Shown piece after piece: positions 50,429-62,265 of a DNA stretch of 64,000 nt. The position numbers were made by a program, and so were the translations under genes. Source of the stretch: Leucoraja ocellata (lineage: Eukaryota). Location of the stretch: the NCBI GenBank assembly GCA_036785375.1, contig JAWMAR010000193.1:3224001-3288000 (forward strand), given 5' to 3'. Below the pieces are notes generated by a model. It ran no database searches. It saw only the letters and a list, made by a program, of their open reading frames with translations, and had not been told where the DNA came from. Numbering within the stretch: position 1 is the stretch's first letter; each line of letters begins with the position of its first letter.

Positions 50429-52744
50429 TAAAGAGGGGGCCTACAGGAGTGAGGATGCAGATCTCTACAGGCAGGCCAAGTACAAGCTGCGAAGAGGAAT
50501 CAGAGCTGCCAAGGAAAGGTACTCTGAGAAGTTGAGGAGCAAGTTCTCAGCTAGTGACTCTTCTTCAGTTTGGAAGGGCTTGCAAGAAATCACCAGCTAC
50601 ATGAGGAAAACCCCAGCACTTTGGACAATCATCAGCTGACCAATGACCTGAATGAGTTCTGCAGGTTTGACATGCAGAAACGTAACCCTGGTACACCTTC
50701 CCTCCCTCCCCCCTCCCCAAAAAATACACCTAGACCCCAGTCTGTAAAGACTGGGCCCTTCTATTCCCACTCCTCTCCATTCACCACGTCACACATACTT
50801 AAAGCAAGACTCCAGTCTGAAAAAACTGGACACTTCCCCATCCACCCCTCTCCAATTACCACTTCACACCCAATTACCCACACCCTCCGTGCTGCACAAC
50901 ATCACTTCTCCATCATCAACAATAAAAATAGAGGAGGGGAGAGGCTTTTCAGAAAACAGAAAAGCCGGAAATCTCCAGGACTAGACAATGTTTCCCCCTC
51001 TACTCTCTAGTTCTGTGCCGAACAACTGGCACCAGTCTACACGGATATTTTTAACCAGTCCCTGCAAACCTGTACTGTCCCTGCCTGCTTCAAAGTCTCC
51101 ACTATTGTCCCTGTAGCCAAAAAGGCAAGGATTACTAGTCTTAATGACTACAGGCCATGACCTCTGTAGTCATGAAGACCCTTGAAAGGTTTGTGCTGGC
51201 AAAGCTGTAAAATATCACAAATCCCTGCTGGACCCGCTGCAGTTTACATATCAGGCCAATAGATCTGTGGATGATACAGTCAACCTGGGCTTGCGCTTCA
51301 TCCTCCAGCACCTAGACCGCCAGGGGACCTATGTAAGTGTTTTGTTGATTTTAGCTCTGCATTCAACACCATTGTGCTAGATCTACTACACACCAAAAAC
51401 TTTCCGAGTTGACCGTGCCTGAATCCCTCTGTCGGTGGATCACCAGCTTCATGACAGACAGGAAACAGCATGTGAGGCTGGGAAAGCACATCTCGGACCC
51501 GCAAACCCTCAACAAAGGAGCACCGCAAGGCTACGTGCTCTCCCCTCTCCTCTACTCTCTCTACACCAATGACTGCACCTCCACTGACTCCTCTGTTAAG
51601 CTTCTCGTGTTTGGAGATGACACAACTCTGATTGGACTGATCCAGGATGGGAAGGAATCTGCCATTAGACAGGAAGTATCACAGCTGGCGTCCGGGTGCC
51701 ATCGCAACAACCTGGATCTTAATACTTTTAAGAAAGTGCAATTGATTGTAGACTTGAGGAGAGCTCCCCTTCCCCTCACCCCTCTCACCATCAACAATAT
51801 CATAGTCTCATCTGCGGAGTCTTTTAAATTCATAGGAACCATCATCTCCAAGGACATTAAGAGGGGGGTTACCATTGTCTCCACAGTCTAAAAGGCACAC
51901 AGAGGATGTACTTCCTACGGCAGCTGAGGAAGCACAATCTGCCACAGGCAACCATGATCCAATTCTATATGGCCATCGTATAGTCTGTCCGCACCTTCTC
52001 CATCGTGGTCTGGTTTGGCTCAGCCACCAAGCACGACACGCGGAGGCTGCAGCGAATCGTCCGATCAGCTGAGAAAGTTATTGGCTGCGACCTTCCCTCC
52101 ATTGACAAACTGTACACTGCAAGGGCCAGGAAGCAAGCGGGTAAGATCATCTCTGACCCCTCTCACCTTGGTCACAAACTCTTTGAATCACTTCCCTCTG
52201 GAAGGCGACTCCGGACTGTCAAAGCTGCCACAGCCAGACATAAAAACTTTTTTTCCACGAGTAGTAGCTCTACTCAACAGTCAAAAATCTGTAGCCTCCT
52301 TTTGCTCTGGTATTTTGTTTGGTTCACATGTTTGATCAATGGTGTTTTATTATTAATGTTTAGTGTTTTATGTGTAATTCGTAACTGTCACTGTATGTCA
52401 TGTTGTCACTTGTGGGTGGAGCACCAAGGCAAATTCCTTGTATGTTAATACTTGGCCAATAAACTTATTAATTAATTAATAAACTGAATTAATTCATTCA
52501 TTTATTGTCAGACGCACAAGTATAGTGAGGTATAGGTACAATGAAAATCTTGTTTGCAGCAGCATTGTACGCAAACAAACGCAGATGACATACAAAATTA
52601 AGTAAATGGAGATATCTCTCGTAATTTGAATTGAAGGAGATAATTCAGCCCCTCGTGCTCTGAACATTTGCATTGGTCTAATTTGCCTCACTTAGTTACA
52701 ATAATCCTTTCATTTGTGTCCATCAACTCCCCCAATACTTATGT

Positions 52745-52933
52745 CACCAATCAACTTGAGGGATAATTTACAATAGGCATTTAACCTACCAGGATGTCTT
52801 TTGGGACACGAGAGGAAACTGTAGCACCCAGGTAAAATCCATGTGGTCACACAGAGAATGTGTAACTTCGCACAAACTGTACCCGAGGTCAGAATCAAAC
52901 CAGGGATAAAGAAACTTTGCAGTAGCAGCACTA
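52745..52933 (-). mobile_element. Old HE1/V-SINE-type SINE
   Basis: gaggaaactgtagcacccagg..aaatccatgtggtcac core. Confidence 0.65.
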
Positions 52934-53066
52934 ATTGGGAGGAAATTTGGAAGCGTGACTTACCATTAAGGCTTTGACACGAGTTCCCCTTTATATCAGA
53001 AAATCCACTTTCCCTTCATTAATGATCAGAATCAGGTTCATTGACCATCCATGATTTTAGTTAAGA

Positions 53067-53335
53067 CTAGACTAAGTGGGAACCGTTGGGTCGCATGTTC
53101 ACAGGGGAGAGCTGGTCCCCCAATGCAATATTCCACCTCTCCACCAATTCCAATATTGGTGGCCAGGGAGGGGGCTTTCTGGAGAGCTAGTATTGATGTT
53201 GTGAGCCGAATGGACTGGTTTCCAAAGGGCTAGTATGGACATTGTGGGCCGAATGGATTCTTGGGCTGGTAGCTCAGCCACTCGGGCCTGGTGGACTGGC
53301 AGCTCAGTCACTCATGTCCAGGTATCCGGGGGTTT
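53067..53335 (-). mobile_element. Helitron 3' terminal fragment
   Basis: Reverse complement ends ...cccaacggttcccacttagtCTAG|T, same terminus as 31342-31371. Confidence 0.7.
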
Positions 53336-53339
53336 GAGC

Positions 53340-53832
53340 AGGCCTGGTCACCACACTATAAAACGGATGTGATTGCACTGGAGATTGCACAGAAGACATT
53401 TACCAGAATAATAGAGCACCTTAGTTACGGAGAGATTATGCAGACTGGGCTTGTTTTACCTGGAGTAAAGGAGGCTGAGGGATGACCAACTGAACATATC
53501 TACGATTGTAAGATGCACATATAGAGTAAATAGCCAAAGTCATTTTCCGACAATAGGGATAGTTTATAATTTAAAGATGAAAGATAGGAGGAATCGCTTT
53601 TGCACAGAGAATGGTCAATATGTGGAATGTGCAGCCAAAGAAAATGATTGAATTAAATACATTCACGACATTTAAGAGACTTTTAACCAAAGACATATAT
53701 ATAGGCAGGACATAGAAGACTAAAGTCCTAATGCAGGCGAATGGGATGAGTGTAGATTGGCATAATGGTCACAAGAACTTTTTAGGCTGAGGGGCCCGTT
53801 TCTGTACTGTACAACACTGTGATTATATGACC
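53340..53832 (+). mobile_element. Old CR1 3' fragment
   Basis: QAWSPHYKTDVIALEIAQKTFTR. Confidence 0.7.
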
Positions 53833-53954
53833 ATCTCACCTGCCCCAGTCTGCTATAAATGGTTACTGGTGTCGCTTCCAGTCACCACAACGGGAGTCAC
53901 TGCATAATCAAGTCTATGCTGACCATTGATCATCCATTCACACTAGTACACACA

Positions 53955-54454
53955 CAGATAGACTCGGCTTGTACTCGCTAGAATTTAGAAAATTGAAACT
54001 TATACAATTCTTAAGGGGTTGGACAGCCATGATCATATTGAATGGTGGTGCAGGCTCGAAGGGCCAAATGGCCTACTCCTGCACCTATTTTCTATGTTTC
54101 TATGACAGGCTTGATGCAGGAAGATTGTTCCCGATGTTGGGGAAGTCCAGAACAAGGGGTCACAGTTTAAGAATAAGGGGAAAGTCTTTTTGGACCGAGA
54201 TGAGAAAAACATTTTTCACACAGAGAGTGGTGAATCTCTGGAATTCTCTGCCACAGAAGGTAGTTGAGGCCAGTTCATTGGCTATATTTAAGAGGGAGTT
54301 AGATGAGGCCCTTGTGACAAAAGGGACCAGGAGGTAAGGAGAGAAGGCAGGTACAGGATACTGAGTTGGATGATCAGCCATGATCATATTGAATGGTGGT
54401 GCAGTCTCGAAGGGCCGAAGGGCCTACTCCTGCACCTATTTTCTATGTTTCTAT
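53955..54454 (+). mobile_element. Young CR1 3' end inside a SINE (53908-53947 and 54455-54531), carrying a nested copy of its own tail
   Basis: Tail copy 54027-54103 flanked by gacag repeats. Confidence 0.85.
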
Positions 54455-55179
54455 GTTCTGTGTTATCCCACTTCCGCATCCCCTCCCTACACATTAGAAG
54501 CAATTTTACAGAGGCAATTAACCTGCAAACCCAGATGAACGGTCTGAGATAATCCATTATCCCCAGGAAAAGCTCATTGGGAGCCATTGATGCTTTGATC
54601 CAATTAGGTTTTCTCTTCTCTGTCTCTCTCTGCCAACACAATTCAGTCCTTTGCCATTCAAGAAGTTTCAGATGCTAGCAAGCAGATTCTATATGAGAAA
54701 TTACTGTTCTCCCAGTCATTTAATGCTTGCTTGTTCCAATTTGAGATTGAATTTCCATTGAGAAGTATGGTTCAAGCACAGAGATTTTCCCAACAATTCA
54801 ACTTAACCATACACTGGGAGTAATGCCAGAGCAATCTCACTTTATGTTATTAATCTGGTCCGAATTACACCCAAGCAGATAAACAGGCCCAATATATGGA
54901 GACTTGGGACATATAATTCAACTATTCTGAAATACAATGAATATTGCAGTGTTTAACTAGTTCCTTGCTTCAAATATCAGTTAGAACCTTTTTCTTGGGT
55001 TAGGTACATTCAAAAACCCATTGTTCCACCTTTCTCTAAGTTCCTCAAGCTTAATAAATTCCCCACTGCTCATCCGAACGTATCAATTTGACCCAGCCAA
55101 AATTCAAGCAAACTACAAATATTGAAAATATGTTATTAATTTAGACATATCTTGGAACTCTCAGCAGATCATCTACAGA

Positions 55180-56225
55180 AAGAGCATCTCCACCTCCCTC
55201 TGCAACTGGACACTGGATTTCCTCACCAACAGACCACAGTCTGTTAGGGTCAACAACCTCACCTCCTCCACTATAACACTGAACACCGGCGTGCCACAGG
55301 GCTGTGTGCTCAGCCCTCTCCTCTACTCCCTCTTCACCCATGACTGCATCCCTAAGAATGGATCCAACGCCATCATTAAATTTGCCGATGACACCACGGT
55401 GGTAGGACTGATCAGTGACAACGACGAGTCAGCCTACAGGGATGAGGTCCAACACCTGACAAGCTGGTGTGCCAACAATAACCTCGTCCTCAACTCTAAG
55501 AAGATGAAGGAAATTATTGTTGACTTCAGGAAGATCAGAGGGGGCAGACATACCCCCATCCATATAAACGGGACTGAGGTGGAGCGCGTCTCCAACTACA
55601 AATGCCTCGGGGTACACATCTCAGAGGATCTGTCCTGGTCCCTCAACACCTCCAAGCTGATCAAAAAGGAGCAGCAGCGCCTTTACTTCCCGAGGAGGCT
55701 CAAGAAAGCTCACCTGTCCCCCCCAGATCCTTACCAACTTTTACCGTTGTACCATCAAAAGCATCCTGACCACCTGCTTCATGGTATGGTACAGCAGTTG
55801 CACTGTAGCGACAGGAAGGCACTACAACGGGTGGTGAAAACCGCGCAGCACATCATCGGTGCCCCGCTCCCTGCCATGGATGCCCTACACCGAAAACGGT
55901 GTCTGAGATGGGCCGGGAAGATCATTAAAGACCCCTCCCACCCCAACCATGGACTGTTTGCCCTCCTCCCATCAGGGAGGCGGTACAGGAGCCTCAGGTC
56001 TCGTACTAGTAGGATGAGGAACAGCTTCTACAATAATACCATCACATTGCTGAACTCGGAGTCCCGCCGATAGATTTCTCCAGTCCCTCAGTCCACATTG
56101 TTTGATTATCCTGTATTTTTATTTCTATATTGCACTATTACTATGGACTGACGCTAAACTGCATTTCGTTGTACCCATACTTGTATTTGTGCAATGACAT
56201 TAAAGTTGAATTGAATTGAATTGAA
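55180..56225 (+). mobile_element. Rex1/Babar LINE 3' kilobase
   Basis: RT motifs and (ttgaa)n tail. Confidence 0.92.
55291..56073 (+). pseudogene. Rex1 reverse transcriptase C-terminal half
   Basis: [48 protein letters not shown]...LPSGRRYRS; a short off-frame stretch in the middle suggests compensating frameshifts. Confidence 0.88.
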
Positions 56226-56794
56226 GAGAAACAAGGTTAATATTTCAGGTCGATTGACAAAGTTCAACTTGACACACAAGGATCTTGCCACAATGATGCT
56301 CTCAGGAATCAGTTCTGCTAAAATCCCCAGGACCTCTCAGTTAAATGTTGAATCATATCAGATTGCACAACATTGCCATAAAATTAAAACCTTTTCTAAT
56401 AATGATGTGAAAAGTTGGTTAACAATTCAACGTTGCATTGATATATGGTTTTGTTCATTCTCCGACTGTAATCTGTTCCACCCATAGTTTGCAAATAATT
56501 TCCTGCCGAATCAAAATGTAACTTGTTTAAGCACAATTGTCTGTCAAAAAGAGGAAGGTGGCAAAAAGATCCCCCTTTATATTTACTTGCTTAATGATAA
56601 AGGCATTGGAATAAACGAGAATTAATCTTACTCCATTTCAGAATTTTTTTATCTTTAGAGCAATTCATATTTCTTTTTGTCCAAATGATGCAATTACCAA
56701 TGTGTGGTAACCATTTAGCTTAACTCAGTATATTATAATTATATCCAGTTACCTTTAATTTTATCTGCCTGTAATTATGTGGGTGGGATTTATA

Positions 56795-57176
56795 TGTAGT
56801 CTGAGGGGTGTTCGTGGCCAAGATTCTGGCGCAGACTCCTAGATATTTTTTAGTTTAGTTCGGTGAAGACTAGGGGGAACATATAGTTTTCGACCATGAT
56901 CACGACATGATCACGAGTATAATTGAAACGTATATATGCTGGAAGACGATGTACTTATACAAGAAAAGGTTTTCACGAGTGACTTTGCTGTTTTGTACTA
57001 CTACAATAAAGAAACTATTAATCAAGAGACTGTTTCCAGAATATTCATCTTTTGACGGCTTTGAATGTCTCGTGGAGAGGTTGTGGAATCTATAAGATTA
57101 CCTTCTGGACCATAGTCCGCATATTAGTGAATATCGGGAACTAAAACCTTGAGAAGTCGTATAGACTGTCACTACA
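56795..57176 (+). mobile_element. Candidate solo LTR
   Basis: TGTAGT...ACTACA termini, tatatat, aataaa, retained CpGs, catgatcacga twice; no clear TSD. Confidence 0.5.
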
Positions 57177-57399
57177 CAATGTATATTTCACATTGTAAAG
57201 TTCAGCTATGCGATTCTTACCTTAGAACCTCTGAAAAATCAGGGTATTTATTGAAAAAAAAGTCAAAGGAAAGATGGAACACCAGCCTCTCCCATTCGCA
57301 TAGAAGTTTACAACCAGTAATTTATTTCTAGGGCAAGTATGTGAGAAATATAGCATCCAACTGGAGTACACCACAATCCAACCTTAAACTCAGCAGACT

Positions 57400-57542
57400 G
57401 ACAATGACTAAGTAAACACAGATTTTTAGTGAGAGACAAACATTGGGCAGTATAGTGGGAGGAATCCCCAACTTTTCTTCAAGTTCCTCTGTCGAGGTCT
57501 TTTTACATCTACCCAAGGAAGTAGACAGGGTGTCAATTTGAA
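57400..57542 (-). mobile_element. Ancient Deu-domain SINE relic
   Basis: ggtctttttacatctaccc..g...gtagacaggg resembles the Deu core as I recall it. Confidence 0.4.
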
Positions 57543-57868
57543 GTGTAGGACGGAACTGTGGATGCTGGTTTACACCAAAGATAGACACAGAATGCCAGAG
57601 TAACTCTGCAGGCTAGGCAACATTTTTGGATAAAAGGAATAGGCGTTGATTCAGGTCGAGATCCTACTTCAGACTGAGAGTTAGGGGAGAGGGAAAGGTA
57701 TGTTCTTTTAATACCTTTCATTCATTTGTTCTTTGTACCTTTTCATACCTTTATTTTCCCTCTCCCCTGACTCTCAGTTTGACGTGGGGTCTCAACCCAA
57801 AACGTCACCTATTCCTTTTCTCCAGAAATGCTGCCTGATCCGCTGAGTTACTCCAGCAATTTGTGTCT
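57543..57868. mobile_element. Fold-back Penelope-like element
   Basis: cagactgagagttaggggagagggaaa / tttccctctcccctgactctcagtttga inverted arms. Confidence 0.8.
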
Positions 57869-60211
57869 GAAGCTCTATCTTAAAGATATTTCTTTTTTTT
57901 TTTCATTTTCTTTTCTATATCTGTGTATGATTTGCAAGACCAGTATTTATTGCACTTTCCCAATTGCCCTTGGGAGGGTCATGCCAAGTCACCACCATAA
58001 ATCTTTTAAAACTTCTGACAATCCACATAATGATAATTCCAATAAAATTCCCTGAATACATCATTGAGGTTTTGACATGTGCTCAATTGCCAGGATTGAG
58101 CCTAACACCCATGGTGTCTAACACAGTGGCAGGAGTACCATCTCTCAGCCACATCCAACAAACATTAATGTCATTGCAAGTGACCATGTCAATGTTGGAT
58201 GACCATTATCAAACCCTGCATCATATCGTCCCTGGCATTTGCTAACGATCTTCTGGTCAAGTTCAATTGGTTGTAATGAAGATGTGACAACAATAATATC
58301 AATCCTATATCCCTAGAATGAAAAAAGTTTCAGAAGAAAATTCTTCTCTTCCCATCACACCCAGAGGATGTACATGTTGCTTCCATTTTAGTCAGCTTTG
58401 AACAGCATGGGAATATATTTCATCCATTTGCTAATTCTGAAGTCCCAGTAGACATCTAAAAACCAGAACATTTAAAGAAAATGTCAAAAAAATGTTTGTA
58501 AGTTCTCGGAGCAGAATTAGACCATTCGGCCCATCAAATCTATTCTGCCATTCAATCAAGGCTGATCTATCTTTCCCTCCCAACCCCATTCTCCTACCTT
58601 TGCCCCATAATCTCTGACACCCTTATTTGTATATGTAGTTAGATTAATATGTTTTCCATTGCTGCTAATAACATGGAATAAGGCATTCCAGAACTGAGAA
58701 AGAAAAATTGATATCCTAAATGAAGGGTTCTTGGTTATGATCTGCACATGATTTGATTAGTCATTACTGCAATGCTTTGCACAAAGGTCAACAAATTCAA
58801 CAATGTTTATGAAATCCTTGGTAAAGTTAACTTTCAAAAAGGCCAAGCTGTCTTATGTTTCTGGGAAATAGTTTGAATCTCTGCCAAGCTCAATCTGGAA
58901 AGGGTTGCTATTTTACTAGCATTGTTATTCAGGGCTTTAGAATTGCCTTCAATGTGCATTTTCTAAATAAATAAGAAAATAACAATTAAATGTGTCATTA
59001 CTTTCTTCAGCTGCACTTGCGGAATGCTCAGGATTCCCATCAAAATGGGAGACATCTCGTGAGCATATTTCTGAAATGATTTCCTTCTTTGGTATATTGT
59101 TCATGGGAGACAATTTCTCCTGTTAATCGATAGAGGGAGAGAGAGATAGGTTTTAAGCACTAATCCTGCGTGTTGCAGCATCTGATATGTTGAGCCACAA
59201 AAAAAGTGGGAAGTGAGCCAAGCCCAAAATCTGAGGTGTGGCAGTGTCTGCTGTAGCTGCAAGGAGATTGAGCAATTTCCCCATTGGAGTGGTCAAGAAA
59301 AAGCAGAATCATCATCATGGGAACATCTGTTGTATGTTTAATGCATGAAACAGTCAAGCAAAGTCTCTGCCTACACCAGGTGCTATATATGAATGTCAAG
59401 AAAGGAATAGTAAAAGGGATCTTACTATAAGTTGGACATGACTGTTTTTATTTGGAATTGAGTTAGGTTTTAGGTTGAAACATGTTGTGTCATTTCTTTG
59501 CTGCCCAACGCAGGATATGTCCTGTAGCCACCTGTGCAAAGGAGCTTTTAGAAGGATGTTGTACTTCACTCTTCCAGGAATTGCACTCGCCCGAAGCTTC
59601 AGAAAACCATTTCAAAATCTACATCAATATGCAGCTAGGAATTATGATTAGGTCTTACTGACTTCCTGCTTTGTAGGCTCATGATCCATTCTTCTGAGTC
59701 TGGTGATACGAGCTAAACCATTGAAAACCTGGGAGAATTTTTCATGCAATTGACTGAACTGCATGACATTTCAAGAACTGAAGCAAAAATCAATGCTGAA
59801 AGGTTATTCATTTATCTAGCCAATTGTAATTGATCTAGTGGTCAGGTAATATTTTAATGCTCTGGCTCTGAAGCAAACAGCTATTTACCGTTTCAAAAAT
59901 AACATTATACTTACAAAAAACGTAAGATAATGCATAGCTGGCAGTCATTTACAAAACAATAATCTTATTTGGTTGTTTTTAGGATATGATAAAGTTTGAG
60001 AATAAGACTGAACAATTTTTTAAACGATACAAAGGAGATTTTTTTTTTTTTTAACGTGCAAATGTGATTGAATTTTAAACCCAAAATGGTGCAATCATTC
60101 TGCAGGTCAGGCAGCATGTGTAGAAAATTAACATTTCTGGTCAATGATCTTCCAAGAACCGCCCTAAGACTGATGGTGTCGATGATGGAACCGACTCATA
60201 TGGCACTATAT

Positions 60212-60352
60212 GAAGAAACAAAGATCTGCAGTTCTTTGGTATGCTGGTTTATACCAAACATAGACACAAAGTGCTGTCGTAACTCAGCAGGTTAGGCAGC
60301 ATCTCTGGAGAAAATGGATGGATGACGTTTCAGGTCAGGGCACTTCTTCAGA
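60212..60352 (-). mobile_element. Penelope-like terminal repeat
   Basis: Minus strand CUGAAGAAGUGCCCUGACCUGAAACGUCA: both core boxes intact, stem II decayed. Confidence 0.75.
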
Positions 60353-60438
60353 GTTGCACAAGTGCACAGATGTTATGTTTAACAGAAGCTTTACAAGGGC
60401 TTTACAAAAAACAAACAATACATTAGTTTACATGATAA

Positions 60439-60570
60439 GTGTAGGAAGGAACTGCAGATGCTGGTTTAAACCGGAGATAGACACAAAAAGCCAGAGTAAT
60501 TCAGCGAGACAGGCAGCATCTCCGGAGAGAAGGAATGGGTGAAGTTTCGGGACGAGACCCTTCTTCAGAC
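60439..60570 (-). mobile_element. Penelope-like terminal repeat (132 bp), probable 8-bp TSD
   Basis: catgataa / catgacaa flanks. Confidence 0.8.
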
Positions 60571-60571
60571 C
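60538..60571 (-). ncRNA. Minimal type I hammerhead ribozyme motif, best-preserved copy
   Basis: GGU-CUGAAGA-A-GGG(UCUCGU)CCC-GAAA-CU-UC-ACC: core nucleotides and an NUH triplet (UUC) present; stem I GGU/ACC. Confidence 0.65.
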
Positions 60572-60720
60572 ATGACAATATTACATAATAATATCTTAGA
60601 AAAGTCCAAGGCTTTAATTCAGTAGGTGGTTTCTAATGCTGTTTATTTGGCTAAGGAGTATTTTTTATATTTTACGCATATGCAATGCTATCTGTTCACA
60701 TGGAATTGTGTAACTTTTCA

Positions 60721-61612
60721 GTAGAAACAAGGAACTGCAGATGATGGTTTATACCAAAGATTGACACAAAGTGCTGGAGCAACTCAGCAGGTCAGGCAGC
60801 ATCTCTGGAGAAAAAGGATGAGTGACGTTTCGGATTGTGATCCTTCAAACCCTGTGGGAGAGAGGAAGAGAGAACTTCTTCAAAGTAGGCAAACCTGGAG
60901 GAGGTTTCACAGTAGAGCAGACAAAATGTAGAAACGAGGAAAAATGTAGAAATTGTTCCGCAACCCCCTCTCTCACTGCTCGCCCTCTGTGATTCCCAAT
61001 TCCCTCCAGCTCTATGACCATGTTTTAACCCGGACTCGCTACCACAGCCACATGTGTTTCCTCGCCACTTGCTTGAGCCTCCATCTTATACCTCGTGACC
61101 TTCCTGTTCGGTCCCAACCCTGATTTCAGGAACCAGCAGTAAATCCACTGCTTCCGTGCACTCTACACTGGCCACCATCCGCTGACACCCTCACTCCTGC
61201 AGCTCCAGGCCTCACTCGTACAGACCGGCAAAGGATCCCGACTTTACTTCATTCTATGTCAGATCCATGCCTTCAATAAACGCTTCCTTGCCTACCTGGA
61301 CTCTACTAAGGATCACAAGCTTGCCCGCATCCAGACCGGGCCCTCCACCAACACTCCTCGATTCAACCACTTGCAGGCCCAGGGCTACACCGCTGGATCA
61401 TGATGCATGCCCGACCACCCCGAGGCTAAGTGTCAGGATCTCCCATCACCATTAGGAGGGGTATCGTTTTTAACATGTTTGAAAAAAATGTCCTGACCCA
61501 AAAAAATCATCATCCATCCTTTTTCTCCAGAAATGCTGCATGACTGGCGAGTTACTCCAGCTTTTTATGGCTATTTTCAGTTTAAACCAGCATCTGCAGT
61601 TTCTTTCTACAC
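60721..61612 (+). mobile_element. Internally deleted Penelope-like element: inverted terminal repeat, 5' ORF relic, direct terminal repeat
   Basis: Inverted copy at 60721-60847; relic frame LFRNPLSHCSPSVIPNSLQLYDHVLTRTRYHS at 60953-61048; sense copy at 61478-61612. Confidence 0.55.
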
Positions 61613-62265
61613 TCTTTAGTTTTTAGGTTTATTATAGTCTTGGTGTCATTTTTTGTAGCTGTGAGGGTACGGATGGGAATATGTTTTGTATTCCAAGCCA
61701 GATTCCCAATTGATACCCATACAGATCCCACCTGTAACATCAGCAGGACTTTTCATGTCTTGGACCTGGAATGCTTTCCGATTGCCTCTCTTGATATTAC
61801 CGAGTGAGCTTACAATGACAATTGACATGCATTGAACGTACTTCAACGTCAGTTCTTGATGTTAATTCAGACTCAAGTGAAGGCACTGCCAATAAAAACC
61901 TTACCTAAAATTGCCTTTATCTCTTCCAGTTTTCTTCCTGGCCATTACCACCCAATTGTAAATCTCCTATAGACTACCAATCCAGAGTACCACACTCGGA
62001 AAGCATAGCACATGTGTTTTCCCCAGGTACCAGCCAAAGTAGTTAACGGAACTCACAATCCACACCAATGAGGAAGCTGAACCAATGCAAATTTGATTCC
62101 AGAGTTTGGAATGGTACCATTTGATCCCAATTTATATGGGACATAAAATTAAATTACACCTGAATTGATAAAGTTCACTTTGTGCATTCTGGGCAAACTT
62201 TTCTTGGCTGTGCTATTCCTTGCATTAAACAACACATAATTCATCAAAACAGTAGCAGAGCAAAT

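Larger units (their letters stand above)
49003..52500 (+). mobile_element. Long Rex1/Babar LINE (endonuclease remnant, RT, 3' UTR) with three nested insertions
   Basis: FCSPNLE..INCKPFYSPREF...[63 protein letters not shown]. Confidence 0.9.
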
